From contig ADNK01000743.1 of the NCBI GenBank assembly GCA_000320545.1, positions 1 through 34,480 of the forward strand: 34,480 nucleotides of DNA, in the 5' to 3' direction. A model generated the notes under the pieces. The model worked only from the letters and a program-made list of their open reading frames with translations, was not told where the DNA came from and did no database searches. This DNA comes from Bigelowiella natans CCMP2755. Taxonomy: Eukaryota; Protista; Cercozoa. Below, piece by piece: positions 33,978 through 34,480 of the stretch (the stretch's first letter is position 1; every line of letters starts with the position of its first letter). A program made the position numbers and the translations under genes.

Positions 33978-34454
33978 AGCAGAAAGAGAGTGGAAAGCAA
34001 GGAAGGAGGGGGGTAAGAGCCAAGTTATATCTCGATCGATTTTGTAGATGAATGTAATTATCCCGCCGTGCCTCCGGCGCTCATCAACGCTTCATTAACA
34101 CAAACATTACTACGTGCTAGTTTTTCCACGGGGATATATCGTAGTCTGACTGTGTCCAGTAAGATAAAGAAGAAAAAGAAAAAAATGAACGCATCACCGA
34201 GGAGGCGGAGAAGAATGGCGGCGAGGGCTTTGCTGTCATGGTCACTAGTGGAGAAGATTCTGCAGGCTAAGCGGAGAGAAAGTGGCAGTGGAGGGGGTGG
34301 AGGGGGTGAAGCAGCAGCTGCCATAGAAGTGGAACGAGGAGAATCTTATTATCCCGAGTACAACCCTCTTGCCGAATATAAAGAAGAAGTCTATGTGACG
34401 ATAGCTAATAAGTACTCTAATGGAGCGAATGATAACAATCTTAGAAATTATTAG
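32583..34454 (+). CDS. Multi-exon gene, probably continuing past the window; N-terminus weakly resembles THUMP-domain RNA methyltransferases
   Basis: Clear exons at about 33072-33153 (TFNHITQDDRGKILIVTLESPDAYFTR) and about 33267-33746 (long open frame). First exon is either MESADMKAEFLHGFCDGKGLEAHITAVVNR (ATG 32583; recalls the FxxxxxGLE...GK pattern of THUMPD2/3-type proteins) or MASATERG (ATG 32617). The family call is weak. Confidence 0.55.
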
Positions 34455-34480
34455 AAGGAAAGGACTTATCTTTAACCCCC

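Noticed and set aside
1-34480. Transposable elements, rRNA or tRNA genes
   Set aside because: No transposase or reverse-transcriptase motifs, terminal repeats or RNA-gene signatures were recognised by eye; small elements could have been missed.

Overview
Intron-rich, microsatellite-rich eukaryotic nuclear DNA. The bipartite signal+transit leader on the glutaredoxin and the short, dense GT-AG introns suggest a secondary-plastid alga such as a chlorarachniophyte (inference only). Most ORFs in the track are artefacts, so I rebuilt the genes by splicing by hand. The window holds eight genes: an ABCB half-transporter (-, runs off the left edge), a large Pro/Ala/Ser/Thr-rich protein (-), a small secreted protein of unknown function (+), a secreted CapA/PGA_cap-family protein (-), a glutaredoxin (+), a divergent PDK/BCKDK-family kinase (+), an intronless HxxxDG acyltransferase-fold protein (-), and the start of a possible THUMP-type gene (+). 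The main finding is the glutaredoxin. It has an in-frame TGA exactly at the catalytic Cys (K-U-P-F-C), a predicted plastid-targeting leader, and a SECIS-like hairpin in its 3' UTR. The hairpin's oversized apical loop shrinks to canonical size if a 51-nt GT-AG segment is spliced out. This is a candidate plastid-targeted selenoprotein with a possibly intron-split SECIS. All exon boundaries are manual predictions without transcript support.
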